A DNA stretch of 46,884 bases from an uncultured Mogibacterium sp. (GTDB lineage Bacteria > Bacillota > Clostridia > Peptostreptococcales > Anaerovoracaceae). Below the pieces are notes generated by a model. That model saw only the letters and a program-made list of their open reading frames with translations, searched no databases and was not told the DNA's origin. Positions 7,345-17,177 of this stretch are shown here, one piece after another. The position numbers and the translations under genes were made by a program. Each line of letters opens with the position of its first letter. The first letter of the stretch is position 1. The DNA lies in the NCBI GenBank assembly GCA_964385855.1, contig CAYLSR010000001.1, positions 1 through 46,884 of the forward strand, given 5' to 3'.

Positions 7345-9207
7345 ATGGCAGGAGAACTTGGGAAGGCATATGTCCAGATCGTGCCTTCCGCTAATGGAAT
7401 CGGCGGGGCTATCGGAAAGGCATTGGGCAATGAAGCCGGTATTGCCGGGATAAACGCCGGGAAAGGCATTGCCGGAAAGATCAAAGGCGTGCTTGCTACG
7501 GCGGGACTTGGAGCGGCGCTTGGAAAGTCTCTGAATGCCGGAGCGGAACTGCAGCAGAACCTTGGAGGCACAGAGGCCGTATTCGGAGACTACTGCAAAA
7601 CGATCCAGGACCAGGCTAAGACCGCATATATGAACATGGGGCTGTCTGCCTCTGACTATATGGCTACGGCCAACAAAATGGGCTCACTGTTCCAGGGGTC
7701 CGGATTGTCGCAGGCCAGATCGCTTGAACTGACAAGCAGTGCCATGCAGAGGGCTGCAGATGTGGCGTCTGTAATGGGCATTGATACGACAGATGCGATG
7801 GATGCAATTTCCGCCGCGGCAAAAGGAAACTTCACCATGATGGACAATCTTGGTGTCGCGATGAATGCTACAACGCTTGAAGCTTACGCTTTGGAAAAGG
7901 GGATCAATTTCAAATGGAATACGGCTTCTAACGCGGAGAAGGCAGAGCTTGCGATGAAGATGTTCATGGATCGGACGTCTCAGTATGCGGGCAACTTCGC
8001 CGACGAGGCGGTCGGCACTTTTTCAGGCTCCTTTGGAGCAATGAAAGCAGCAGCACAGGACTTCATGGCGAACCTTATGGTCGGCCAGGATGTGAATGCA
8101 TCCATGAAGAATCTGACAAATACAGCCGTTACATTCCTTGTCGGTAATCTGATTCCGGCAATCGGTAGAATCTTCACATCGCTGCCGTCAGCGATCTCTG
8201 CGCTCATGGAGCCGGGTCTGTTCGCGGAGCTTGGGAACCTGATGGACTCCATTGCTTCAAAACTCCCGGGTATGATCCCGCAACTGCTCAATGGACTGAT
8301 GTCATTCAGTGAGACGCTGAGGGGAAGAGCCGGCGAAATGGTGAATGTCGGACTGGAGTTTATCAGGAAGATTGCTGACGGAATCATCCAGAACATTCCT
8401 GTATTTGTGCAGACAGTGCCGACGATCATTTCGAATTTTGCCGGTCTTGTGAATGATAATGCTCCGAAGATTTTCGAGACGGCGCTTGGAATCATGAAGA
8501 ATCTGGCACTTGGTCTGATCAAGGCAATTCCGGTCATCATTCAGAATCTGCCGCAGATCATTCAGGCAATCTGGAATGTATTTACCGCATTCCAGTGGAT
8601 GAACCTCGGAAAACAGGTCATTAACGGCATCAAAAATGGATTCAAGGCGGCCGGAGAGGGAATCAAAACGAGCGCAGATGATATATTGAATCATGTCAAA
8701 GAGAAGTTCACAGGCGGTTTTACCGGTGTGAAAGACGCAGTGCTCTCGATCTTTAATGGGATCAAAAGCGGAATTACATCAAGGCTGAATGCGGCGAAAA
8801 CTGCTGTAACTGATGTGATCAGCGGGATCAAGAGGTTTTTCCCGTTCAGAATCGGTAAGATCCTGTCTCTGCAGATCCCAAAGATCTCACTGAGCGGAGG
8901 CAAGGCACCTTGGGGCATTGCCGGGAAAGGATCTCTGCCAAAGTTTCATGTTACGTGGATGGCGCAGGGCGGTATCCTGAACAATCCGACGCTGATCGGA
9001 GCGGGTGAAGCCGGTCCGGAGGCGGTCCTTCCGCTCGACAGACTGTGGACGGAGCTTGACCGGAGATATGATCAGGGCGGCCTGTCACAGGAGCAGGCAG
9101 GAGTTCTCCTCAGGATCCTCGACAGGATCGTTCTGCTGCTCGAAGAGGGCAAGACGATCAGCCTGAACAGACGCGAGTTCGCGAGATTGGTCAGCGAGGT
9201 GCAGTAA
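7345..9207 (+). CDS. Tail tape measure protein
   Basis: 620 aa, Gly/Ala-rich N-terminus, long helical hydrophobic repeats, canonical position. Confidence 0.85.
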   Translation: MAGELGKAYVQIVPSANGIGGAIGKALGNEAGIAGINAGKGIAGKIKGVLATAGLGAALGKSLNAGAELQQNLGGTEAVFGDYCKTIQDQAKTAYMNMGLSASDYMATANKMGSLFQGSGLSQARSLELTSSAMQRAADVASVMGIDTTDAMDAISAAAKGNFTMMDNLGVAMNATTLEAYALEKGINFKWNTASNAEKAELAMKMFMDRTSQYAGNFADEAVGTFSGSFGAMKAAAQDFMANLMVGQDVNASMKNLTNTAVTFLVGNLIPAIGRIFTSLPSAISALMEPGLFAELGNLMDSIASKLPGMIPQLLNGLMSFSETLRGRAGEMVNVGLEFIRKIADGIIQNIPVFVQTVPTIISNFAGLVNDNAPKIFETALGIMKNLALGLIKAIPVIIQNLPQIIQAIWNVFTAFQWMNLGKQVINGIKNGFKAAGEGIKTSADDILNHVKEKFTGGFTGVKDAVLSIFNGIKSGITSRLNAAKTAVTDVISGIKRFFPFRIGKILSLQIPKISLSGGKAPWGIAGKGSLPKFHVTWMAQGGILNNPTLIGAGEAGPEAVLPLDRLWTELDRRYDQGGLSQEQAGVLLRILDRIVLLLEEGKTISLNRREFARLVSEVQ

Positions 9208-10052
9208 TGAGTCTTGACAGAGTATATTACTACAACAGGAACGGGATCCTGAAGCTCACGCTGAACGAATATCCGTTCTACGCGGGAGACGCGGATTTCA
9301 AGGACTGGAAGTGGGAACACGACAGTCTGTTCGGATCCATCCGGAACTTCCGGAGAGCGAAGGGTTCCTACTCCTTTGTGGTCTCGATCGCCAGCAAGGA
9401 CCTGTCCGACAGAGATGCTCTCTGCAGCATCTTCTCAGAGGATGTCATCGCCGGACAGCCGGGGTATCTAATGATCCGAGGCTGGAAACTTGAATGTTAT
9501 GTCGTCGAAGCAAAGCATAAATGGTTTGGAGCGCTGGATCACCAGATCACGTTCGAAGCGACCGCGGTAAACAGCACGTGGATCCGGGAGAGCACCAGGA
9601 CCTTCAACGGCCGGAGCGGAGGCGGATCTGAATCAGGGGCAGATCTCGGGAGAGACTATACGTTCACCGGCGGGATCCTTGGGCGCGGATATGACTACGG
9701 CTACAATATTGGCGAATCGCACTCCGGTGCGATCGATCTAGCGAACTCCGGAGCGGGCTACGAGATCACGATCTATGGACCGGCCAACAACCCGGTGATC
9801 TATCTGGACAACCGGCCAGTCAGGGTCAATGTGTCGATCAGCGCATCCGAAAGACTGCAGATCATATCCAGCACGAATGAGAAGTCGATCAATATCCTGT
9901 CGGCATCTGGGGAAAAGACCTCGGCCTTCGTCCATAGAGACAAGGAAAACAGCCCGTTCCTGTCGCTCGGCGAGCATACAGAGCTAACCTACGGTGAGAT
10001 CCGGTTCGACTTCAAAACCATTGAGAGAAGGAGTGAGCCGTCATGGACCTGA
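9207..10052 (+). CDS. Distal tail protein (Dit-like)
   Basis: 281-aa protein immediately after the tape measure, with overlapping stop and start. Confidence 0.65.
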   Translation: MSLDRVYYYNRNGILKLTLNEYPFYAGDADFKDWKWEHDSLFGSIRNFRRAKGSYSFVVSIASKDLSDRDALCSIFSEDVIAGQPGYLMIRGWKLECYVVEAKHKWFGALDHQITFEATAVNSTWIRESTRTFNGRSGGGSESGADLGRDYTFTGGILGRGYDYGYNIGESHSGAIDLANSGAGYEITIYGPANNPVIYLDNRPVRVNVSISASERLQIISSTNEKSINILSASGEKTSAFVHRDKENSPFLSLGEHTELTYGEIRFDFKTIERRSEPSWT

Positions 10053-11056
10053 TTTATATCAAATCAGCAGATGGGATCCCGACGGGCATGGGCTTCCTGA
10101 AACACTATGAGGCGGACTTTGAGATCGGATCCACTGCAGAGGCGAATAACGACTTTGAGATCAAGATGGAGATCCCGGAAAGAGAGGATCTCCTTTTCAT
10201 TGAGAACGAGATCTCGACACGGGTCTTTGTCGAAGGCACCGAGTGGGGAGGAGAAATCACGGGAACGGTTTTCGATCTGGAAGACGGGACTGTGACTTAT
10301 ACGGGGAAGACATGGCGTGGGACCTTCGATCAGGAATATATCGAGCCGCCGGCGGGCGAGGACTACAGGATCGTCTCCGGAAACATATCTGAGATCCTCC
10401 GGGATCTCCCGATCCGTCCGTATATGACTGTCGAGGACTGCGGCTATTCTATCGGCTCTCTGCAGTTTGACCGGTATATCCGGACAAGAGAAGGGATCAG
10501 CGCGATCTTCCAGAAGGCTGACGCGGATCTTCGGCTTCGGCTGGTCTATGAGCTCTACGACGGATACGAGGGTCATGTCCTTGTCTATGTGGAGCCTAAA
10601 GCGAATCTGACGGATCAGATCGAAGTCTCCCAGGACTATAACGACAAGATCCACCTCCGGATCACCAGAGACGGGAACACGCCGAAGCGGATGATCTGCC
10701 TCGGCAGGGGCGAGCTGAAGGACCGCGAGGTCCTGAACCTGTACGCGGACGATGACTGGAACATCTCAACCACGGAGCAGGGGGCGGCCTTCCCGGTGGA
10801 GATCTACGATTATGGATCCTCAGAGGATCTCGAAGCGGACGGGAGGAAAAAGTTCGCGGAAGCGATCGGGCAGCACCGGCAGATCGAGGTCAGCATATCG
10901 GATCTCGACATAGAGCTGGGAGACATCATCTCGGCGAGAGATCACATCACCGGAGAGCAGATCGAGGCGGAGATCTCCGGGATCGTTTGGAAGCACACGG
11001 ATTACGGGGAATACTCTTCGGAGTCCTTTGAGTACAAAACGAAAGTGAGGCTTTAG
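10043..11056 (+). CDS. Tail/baseplate protein (Tal position; ReqiPepy6 gp37-like)
   Basis: 337-aa protein overlapping the Dit gene. Call is based on position and general sequence character. Confidence 0.55.
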   Translation: MDLIYIKSADGIPTGMGFLKHYEADFEIGSTAEANNDFEIKMEIPEREDLLFIENEISTRVFVEGTEWGGEITGTVFDLEDGTVTYTGKTWRGTFDQEYIEPPAGEDYRIVSGNISEILRDLPIRPYMTVEDCGYSIGSLQFDRYIRTREGISAIFQKADADLRLRLVYELYDGYEGHVLVYVEPKANLTDQIEVSQDYNDKIHLRITRDGNTPKRMICLGRGELKDREVLNLYADDDWNISTTEQGAAFPVEIYDYGSSEDLEADGRKKFAEAIGQHRQIEVSISDLDIELGDIISARDHITGEQIEAEISGIVWKHTDYGEYSSESFEYKTKVRL

Positions 11057-11057
11057 A

Positions 11058-11615
11058 ATGGCAACACGGATCATAACAGGATACACCGGCCAGCGGCATA
11101 TCACCGCGAAGGATGACTCTCAGGTATGGCGCGCCATCCTGGGCAAGGATACGGATGCATATATCCTGCCTTTCGGATCTGAACTGGCGGCAGAGATGCC
11201 GTCGATCAATGAGTTCCAGATCTCGGACGGCTGGGTCAGCCTGCAGGGCAGGATGATCGTGAACGCTCAGGAGACACTGGCGGTCGATATCTGCGCAAGC
11301 GGGAATGTCCGGATCGACCTTGTGGTCATCCGGTACACCATCGACAGCTCGAGCAATGTGGAGGCGGCGGAGCTGATGCTCCTGAAGGGCACGGAGGTCG
11401 ACGCTTCGAACACGCCGGTCGCTCCGGCCGTCAATTCCGGAGACATCGACAGCGGAGCGACGATCGTCGACATGCCTCTGTATGAGATCCATCTGGCCGG
11501 AGGCACGGTAACGTTCGAGCAGCTGGCGGAGGTCGTCACGGCTTCCCTGGAGGACTGCTTCATCACGGAAGAGACGAAGGCTGTATACAGAGCCCTCGGA
11601 TGGACAGAAGAATAG
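11058..11615 (+). CDS. Hypothetical tail-tip protein
   Basis: 185 aa, tightly packed within the tail module. Confidence 0.5.
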   Translation: MATRIITGYTGQRHITAKDDSQVWRAILGKDTDAYILPFGSELAAEMPSINEFQISDGWVSLQGRMIVNAQETLAVDICASGNVRIDLVVIRYTIDSSSNVEAAELMLLKGTEVDASNTPVAPAVNSGDIDSGATIVDMPLYEIHLAGGTVTFEQLAEVVTASLEDCFITEETKAVYRALGWTEE

Positions 11616-11624
11616 GAGGCGGAA

Positions 11625-12119
11625 ATGAACACATTATCATCGATCCTTAAGTTCATCGCGAACAGGGTCAGCTGCGTATACAAGGCGAGCGGAACGACGG
11701 AGACGATCGCGCTCGCGTCCGGTACTCCGACGAATATCCCGCTCTCGGCATCCGGAGCGGTATCGACCGGATCAGGGTTCGCCGTTGAGTCCGGAGGCAT
11801 CAGGGTCGAGAAGGCGGGGATCTACCGGATCACCGCATCCGCCTATGTCCGGAAAAACTCCGCAGTCGCGCAGATCGGCGTATATGCACGGAAAGGTACA
11901 ACCTGGAGCACAGCCACAGAGGTCCTCGGAGGCATGGTCGAGACAGACCGGGCGGCGGCAGCGTCACATGACTGCGTCGTTCAGCTCTCCACGGTCGCTT
12001 CGCTTGCGGCCGGAGATGTGCTCCTGCTGGGAGCAAGGACCATGAGCGAGGCAGGAACATGCTTCGCGCAGAATACATCCACGTTCCTGCTGGTTGAAAG
12101 GCTTGCGGTGTCTGAATAG
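11625..12119 (+). CDS. Hypothetical tail fibre / receptor-binding candidate
   Basis: 164-aa Ser/Thr/Ala/Gly-rich, beta-like protein. It is the last structural gene before a strong terminator. Confidence 0.45.
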   Translation: MNTLSSILKFIANRVSCVYKASGTTETIALASGTPTNIPLSASGAVSTGSGFAVESGGIRVEKAGIYRITASAYVRKNSAVAQIGVYARKGTTWSTATEVLGGMVETDRAAAASHDCVVQLSTVASLAAGDVLLLGARTMSEAGTCFAQNTSTFLLVERLAVSE

Positions 12120-12136
12120 CAGGAACAGATCTGAAA

Positions 12137-12163
12137 GAGGCTGCTCCGGCAGCCTCCTTTTTT
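12137..12163 (+). terminator. Rho-independent terminator after the tail module
   Basis: Stem GAGGCTGC / GCAGCCTC with loop TCCG, followed by CTTTTTT. Confidence 0.72.
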
Positions 12164-12179
12164 ACAGGAGGAAATATGA

Positions 12180-12665
12180 ATGGTTAAAGCATGGAAAACA
12201 ATACAGCTCACATTCGCCGCGTTCGGCGGAGTGATCGGAGCATTCTTGGGAGGAGTCGACGGGCTCATGTACACACTGATCACATTCATCATCATTGACT
12301 ACATCACTGGCTTCATGTGTGCAGTAGTGGACCACAGGTTGTCCTCTGAGGTCGGCTTCCGGGGCATTGCAAAGAAGGTCTGCATCCTGATGCTGGTGGG
12401 CATCGCAAACCTTCTGGATGTCAATGTGATCGGGACCGGGGCGGTCCTCCGTACTGCGGTCATATTCTTTTACCTGTCAAATGAAGGAGTCAGTATCATG
12501 GAAAACGCGGGTCGGCTCGGACTGCCGATCCCGGAGAAGCTCCACATGATCCTGATCCAGCTGCATGACAAGGCGGAGGATATGCCGGTACCGGCGTCAC
12601 AGGAGATGATCGATGACGCGGAAGCATATGAAGCGCTGAGCAGGGCGGGAGGTGATGATGAGTGA
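12180..12665 (+). CDS. Holin (phage_holin_4_1 / phi LC3-like family)
   Basis: AGGAGG lies 8 nt upstream. The protein has several transmembrane helices and the family-typical IIDYITG and SNEG.SI.EN motifs. Confidence 0.8.
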   Translation: MVKAWKTIQLTFAAFGGVIGAFLGGVDGLMYTLITFIIIDYITGFMCAVVDHRLSSEVGFRGIAKKVCILMLVGIANLLDVNVIGTGAVLRTAVIFFYLSNEGVSIMENAGRLGLPIPEKLHMILIQLHDKAEDMPVPASQEMIDDAEAYEALSRAGGDDE

Positions 12666-13336
12666 ACAGTACGTGTAAGAAGAATTTCCTTGACATGATG
12701 GGATACAGATCTGTAAAGGACTTCCAGGCCAATACGAAGGGACTCGCCGCGGACGGATCCTGGGGACCTGCCACTGATGCAAAGGCTATGTCGATCACCA
12801 GAGGGATCCAGAAGAGGCTCAACCTCCACGGCGCCGGCATCACCGTAGACGGCTATCCGGGCGACGCGACGAAGAAGGCGATCATCTCCTTCAAGAAGCG
12901 GAACGGGCTCTCAGCGACGATCAAGGTCGGCCCGAAGACGAAGGCACTGCTTTACAAGGACCAATCCGAGCAGCTCTCCGCGCATTTCCGGAAGGCGGAG
13001 TTCCGCTGTGAGTGCGGTGGGAAGTGGTGCGATGGGTATAACGGCCACGCGGTCAGCATGGAGCTTGTCGGCATCCTGGAGGCGATCCGGAAGGACACCG
13101 GCAGATCCATCACTATCACATCAGGCATCCGGTGCCAGCGGTTCAACGACAGCCTTGCCGGATCCGTGAAGAACAGTCCGCATCTTTACGGCAAAGCAGC
13201 AGACATCTATATCCCGGGTGTGACGGACACCTCCTCAGGGCGGGCGAGAGTAAAGCGCCTTGCGTACAAATACGGGGCGTCCTATTGCTATTACGGCACG
13301 GCAAACATGGGCAATGCCGTGCATATCAACGTATAG
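12662..13336 (+). CDS. Endolysin 1: peptidoglycan-binding domain plus peptidase M15A-like zinc D,D-/L,D-peptidase
   Basis: The GTG start overlaps the holin stop (GTGA). Carries the PG_binding_1-like motif DGSWGPATDAKA...VDGYPGDATKKAI. The C-terminus is M15-like (F.CECGG..., SG.RC...N, HL.G.AADI). Confidence 0.78.
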   Translation: MNSTCKKNFLDMMGYRSVKDFQANTKGLAADGSWGPATDAKAMSITRGIQKRLNLHGAGITVDGYPGDATKKAIISFKKRNGLSATIKVGPKTKALLYKDQSEQLSAHFRKAEFRCECGGKWCDGYNGHAVSMELVGILEAIRKDTGRSITITSGIRCQRFNDSLAGSVKNSPHLYGKAADIYIPGVTDTSSGRARVKRLAYKYGASYCYYGTANMGNAVHINV

Positions 13337-13346
13337 GGAGGAGATC

Positions 13347-14774
13347 ATGGCATACAAGGTCATAGATGTGAGTTACTGGCAGGGCACCAGCATCAGCTGG
13401 ACGAAGGTCAAGGCGGCAGGAGTGCAGGGAGCGATCCTCCGGGTCGGATACGGATCTGGCGGAACGATCCACAGCGACAGCTCCTTCGCCAGAAATGTGA
13501 AGGAGGTCCGGAGGGTTGGCCTCCATTGGGGAGCGTACTTCTACTCCGGAGCAAGGACGGCCACGCAGGCGAAGAAAGAGGCACAATACCTTTATGAACA
13601 GACGAAGGCCTACTCTCCGGATATGCCTCTGTATATCGATCTCGAGGAGAGCAGTCTGAAGGGCTATGCGAAGACCGTGGCCAAAGTCTTCATGGCGGAG
13701 ATGAAGAGGCTTGGCGGGAAGCCCGGGATCTACGCGAATCTGAACTGGTTCAACAACTACATCGATACATCATCCTACAGATCGGAGCCTCTGTGGATCG
13801 CGCAGTATAACGACAGGATCACACATTCGCATCCGGACTGGTTCGGGATGTGGCAGTACAGTTCCTCCGGATCTGTCGCGGGGATCTCCGGAAGAGTCGA
13901 TATGAACCAGTGCTATGTGGAATACTGGAAGAACGCGTCCACAGGAGAGAGCGCTGCGGCTGATACTGCACCGAAGGAAACGACGGTCAGGACAGAGTGG
14001 TTCAGCGAGACAGATCTGAAGGCGCTGCAGGCATGGACTGGGACTGTGCAGGATGGAGTTCTCTCCGGCCAGCATAAGGAGTCACAGAAGTTCTATCCCG
14101 CGGTCGCGGATCTGTGCGGCTATGGATCTGGCGGATCCAACTGCATCCGGGAGCTGCAGAGGCGCTGCGGGGAGACTGCAGACGGGATCCTTGGCACGGC
14201 GACGATCAAAGGAGTGCAGAGACTGGTAGGAGCGGATCAGGATGGATATTGGGGACCGGCAACATCTGAGGCTGTTCGAAAATTCATTGCAAGCAACCCG
14301 GGTAAGCTTATATCAAAAGCTGCCGCCATGAGCAAAGAGATGACAGCGGCAGGCTTCCGATACAGCAACACGGGGAAGAACCTCGGATCGACCTATGCAG
14401 AGGCAAAGGCGAAAGGATACACGAACTGTGCGACGTTCGTGTCCTGGACTCTTCAGGAGGCCGGTTTCCTCCCGCAGGGCGATGTGTTCTACTGTAAAGA
14501 CGGGAAGATCAACAATTACCGCGGATCCGCATCAACGGATATAAAGAAGACTGCTGTAGTATCGTATCCGAAGAAGGCTCCGGCCTCTGCAGGGCTGAAG
14601 CCGGGAGACATCGTCGGATATGAAGCAGCTCATACGATGATCTTCGCCTGCTTCAACTCCGCAGGGAAACCGCTCTTCTATACGATGGGATCCGGTGATA
14701 TCGGGAAGCAGCTCCCGCGGATCCGGACGGATTACACCAACAGGATCGTGGCCGTGAGGGCGCGGTTGAAGTAA
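13347..14774 (+). CDS. Endolysin 2: GH25 muramidase, PG-binding repeats, and a C-terminal NlpC/P60- or CHAP-like Cys/His domain
   Basis: GGGAGGAG RBS upstream. The N-terminus is GH25-like (VIDVSYWQG). The middle region has DGILG/DGYWGP repeats. The C-terminus has NCATFVSW...AAHTMIF, suggesting a papain-fold amidase/endopeptidase. Confidence 0.82.
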   Translation: MAYKVIDVSYWQGTSISWTKVKAAGVQGAILRVGYGSGGTIHSDSSFARNVKEVRRVGLHWGAYFYSGARTATQAKKEAQYLYEQTKAYSPDMPLYIDLEESSLKGYAKTVAKVFMAEMKRLGGKPGIYANLNWFNNYIDTSSYRSEPLWIAQYNDRITHSHPDWFGMWQYSSSGSVAGISGRVDMNQCYVEYWKNASTGESAAADTAPKETTVRTEWFSETDLKALQAWTGTVQDGVLSGQHKESQKFYPAVADLCGYGSGGSNCIRELQRRCGETADGILGTATIKGVQRLVGADQDGYWGPATSEAVRKFIASNPGKLISKAAAMSKEMTAAGFRYSNTGKNLGSTYAEAKAKGYTNCATFVSWTLQEAGFLPQGDVFYCKDGKINNYRGSASTDIKKTAVVSYPKKAPASAGLKPGDIVGYEAAHTMIFACFNSAGKPLFYTMGSGDIGKQLPRIRTDYTNRIVAVRARLK

Positions 14775-14922
14775 AAAATGAGCGAAAATGGATAGGGCTA
14801 TTTGCGATCACCGGAGAATCTCTGTGACAGCCTTGTGACAAATACCACAAAAAATGGCTGAAACCGTTGAAATTTCAAGGCCGGTGGCAATCCTCGTACG
14901 CTCCACCAAACATCATTTGTCC

Positions 14923-14968
14923 GAACACTGCGAGAAATCGCAGTGTTTCAACGTTTTTGGGCTTTTTT
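14923..14968 (+). terminator. Strong hairpin with T-runs in the prophage/ICE junction
   Basis: Stem AACACTGCGA / TCGCAGTGTT with loop GAAA, followed by ..TTTTT..TTTTTT. Confidence 0.5.
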
Positions 14969-15076
14969 GATACCAGCGGGAAAAACTGCCAGGAACACGT
15001 GCCTTCCGGTACACCCCATTTTCAGAATGTGTTTTTTTCATACAAGCCGGCAGATATGACCACAAGGAGGTTGTCG

Positions 15077-15631
15077 ATGAGCACATACTACGAATTCTAC
15101 ACCGGCATCCTGAGGCAGGATGGTAAGATCGAAGCAATCGGACCGTATGTCAGAAGAGACGGAGCATACAGGCTGGAGCCGATTCTCATCAGAAGCAGGA
15201 GTTTCATTAATATCGATGAATTCAGTGCATGGGATGTTCCGGTGGAAAAGCTGATTGGGGAGCAGAAGGAGTTCTTTACCACTGGAAGCAGGGAAGACGA
15301 AACCGTCCGGCACTCCCTCGCCTGGTATATCCCATATACTGAGATCAGAACAAAAGCGGACAGCGGTCTGGTCCGGGGAAATGTCACACTGAAGGAACTC
15401 GACTATATCGCGAAGAATGATTATGATCCGGACTGCCTCTGGGATGTTTCGGTAATGAGTGCCGCAGCTGCCGCGGAGATGGATCCTGAGATGCGGAAGC
15501 AATATGGCCACATTGCATATATCGACTATAACAGCACCGGTTATCTCTGCAGTCTCCTCATCCATGCGGCGGATCCGATGTGCTGCGGAGAGAAGGAGGA
15601 AGACCTTGTTTTCATCGTGAGGATCAGCTGA
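15077..15631 (+). CDS. Hypothetical protein (184 aa)
   Basis: ATG 15077 is preceded by AAGGAGG. The upstream part of the track ORF (14867-) contains a terminator hairpin. Confidence 0.55.
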   Translation: MSTYYEFYTGILRQDGKIEAIGPYVRRDGAYRLEPILIRSRSFINIDEFSAWDVPVEKLIGEQKEFFTTGSREDETVRHSLAWYIPYTEIRTKADSGLVRGNVTLKELDYIAKNDYDPDCLWDVSVMSAAAAAEMDPEMRKQYGHIAYIDYNSTGYLCSLLIHAADPMCCGEKEEDLVFIVRIS

Positions 15632-15703
15632 AATCGCATCCTTGAGCCGGCTCTTCACACCCCTGTACAATAGAGACAAGAACAGAACTGAGGAGGTGCC
15701 GAC

Positions 15704-15844
15704 ATGTTCAAGCCGAAATACAGATTCACCTATGACGAGATCCGAATTATCGTCTATGCACTTGTCGAACTCAAGAACCAGCTGCAGGAAGAAGGCAGGT
15801 ATACGGATGCCATCGATGACCTTCTGCTGCGGTTTGTTGACTGA
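15704..15844 (+). CDS. Small hypothetical protein (46 aa), not in the ORF track
   Basis: GAGGAGG lies 5 nt upstream of ATG 15704. The frame is open to TGA 15842-15844. The predicted protein is helical. Confidence 0.4.
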   Translation: MFKPKYRFTYDEIRIIVYALVELKNQLQEEGRYTDAIDDLLLRFVD

Positions 15845-15944
15845 GCCATAGATTCCTTTTTCCCTCCGGCCTCCGGGCCGGCCTACATACCCTTGCATCG
15901 GGCAGGGGTACTTTTTTTACCCGGAAAGGGAGAAAGGAGCCGGC

Positions 15945-16343
15945 ATGGCAACAACGAAGGAAACAATGGAAGTTATCACTGAAGGAATCAAAAGAGAGGA
16001 AGAAATCTGTGACATCATCGGTTTCTTCGCGGAACTCGCCGCGAAGCGATTCCTCAACATGGCGGAAGGAATGCATTACAGAAGCATCACCGCGCTGCTC
16101 AAGATGCTCAATCAGCTTGCGGAAGAAAAACGCGGCAGGGAAGCCGTGGAGATGCTGCAGGCATTCTTCCTTGCAGACAGATATGAGTATGCCGCAGAGG
16201 ATCTCGATGTGCTTAACATCTGTGAGAACTATCTCAGGGATGCGCATCTCTGGTTTCTGTGCAGCTTCCTCTATGACGAGGAGATCCGGTGGCTGATGGA
16301 CATCTGGGAAGACGATACAGACTCCGGTTATCTTGTCAGTTAG
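15945..16343 (+). CDS. Hypothetical acidic protein (132 aa)
   Basis: GGAGAAAGGAG upstream, and it directly precedes parA. Confidence 0.5.
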   Translation: MATTKETMEVITEGIKREEEICDIIGFFAELAAKRFLNMAEGMHYRSITALLKMLNQLAEEKRGREAVEMLQAFFLADRYEYAAEDLDVLNICENYLRDAHLWFLCSFLYDEEIRWLMDIWEDDTDSGYLVS

Positions 16344-16352
16344 GAGGCGGGG

Positions 16353-17177
16353 ATGAATGAATGCAAAACAATCGCGGTCTGCAACCAGAAGGGCGGCGTC
16401 GGGAAGACGACCACAACGCTGAATCTCGGGGTCGGTCTTGCGCGGCAGGGAAAGAAGGTGCTGCTCATTGACGCAGACCCACAGAGCGACCTGACCGCCT
16501 CCCTTGGCTGGGACGGTAACAGTCTCGAGAATTCTCTGGGAAGCCTCATGTATCTGCTGACGGAGAATGGGATGCCGGATGTTCGCGGCGCGATCCTCCG
16601 CCATGAGGAAGGCGTCGATCTGATTCCGTCCAACCTTGATCTTTCCTCGATGGAGACTCGCCTCGTGAACGCCATGAGCCGGGAGAAGATCATGGATCTC
16701 CTGCTCCGGGAAGTGAAGAAGGATTATGATTATGTTCTCATTGACTGTATGCCGTCGCTCGGCATGATTACAATCAACGCGCTCACTGCGGCGGACAGTG
16801 TGATCATCCCTGTGCAGGCGCAGTATCTGCCGGCAAAGGGGATGACGCAGCTGATGCGAACCGTTAACATGGTGCGGACGCACACCAACAGCCGGCTGAA
16901 GATCGAGGGGATCGTCATGACGCTCGTGGATGGCAGAACCAATCTCGCCAAAGATGTCATCCACACAATCCGCATGAATTACGGGATGTCGATGCGGATT
17001 TTTGAAACCAGCATTCCGGTTGCCGTGAAGGCTGCGGAGGCGTCCAAGACCGGCCAGAGCATTTATGCCTATGACAGTAATTCCAAAGCGGCCAAAGCCT
17101 ACGAGGCACTGACACAGGAGGTGATGCAGGGTGCCGAAAGAACCAAGACAAGAGATCAAGCTGCCGTCGCTCGATGA
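16353..17177 (+). CDS. parA: ParA/Soj-family partition ATPase
   Basis: Deviant Walker A (NQKGGVGKTTT) and the LLIDADPQ motif. Confidence 0.92.
   Translation: MNECKTIAVCNQKGGVGKTTTTLNLGVGLARQGKKVLLIDADPQSDLTASLGWDGNSLENSLGSLMYLLTENGMPDVRGAILRHEEGVDLIPSNLDLSSMETRLVNAMSREKIMDLLLREVKKDYDYVLIDCMPSLGMITINALTAADSVIIPVQAQYLPAKGMTQLMRTVNMVRTHTNSRLKIEGIVMTLVDGRTNLAKDVIHTIRMNYGMSMRIFETSIPVAVKAAEASKTGQSIYAYDSNSKAAKAYEALTQEVMQGAERTKTRDQAAVAR

Larger units (their letters stand above)
1..14774 (+). mobile_element. Prophage late region (packaging, head, tail, lysis modules), siphovirus-like; left end runs off the window
   Basis: Uninterrupted co-directional run of recognisable phage structural genes ending in a holin plus endolysins. 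Genes are tightly packed or overlapping. Confidence 0.88.

Noticed and set aside
7345-9207. Internal repetitiveness of the tape measure gene as a separate repeat element
   Set aside because: The Gly/Ala-rich and helical heptad-like periodicity is normal for tape measure proteins. I could not verify any exact nucleotide tandem repeat by eye.
13260-13346. Upstream extension of the GH25 endolysin ORF overlapping the M15 endolysin gene
   Set aside because: GGGAGGAG followed by ATG 13347 gives the canonical GH25 N-terminus. The extension is simply the alternative frame of the preceding gene.
14867-15076. Upstream extension of ORF 14867-15631
   Set aside because: It contains a strong terminator-like hairpin and T-runs. 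A clear AAGGAGG RBS precedes the internal ATG at 15077.
15771-17159. 462-aa ORF on the minus strand
   Set aside because: It is antisense to parA and neighbouring + strand genes that have clear motifs. No family signal or RBS is present. It is a GC-driven open frame.
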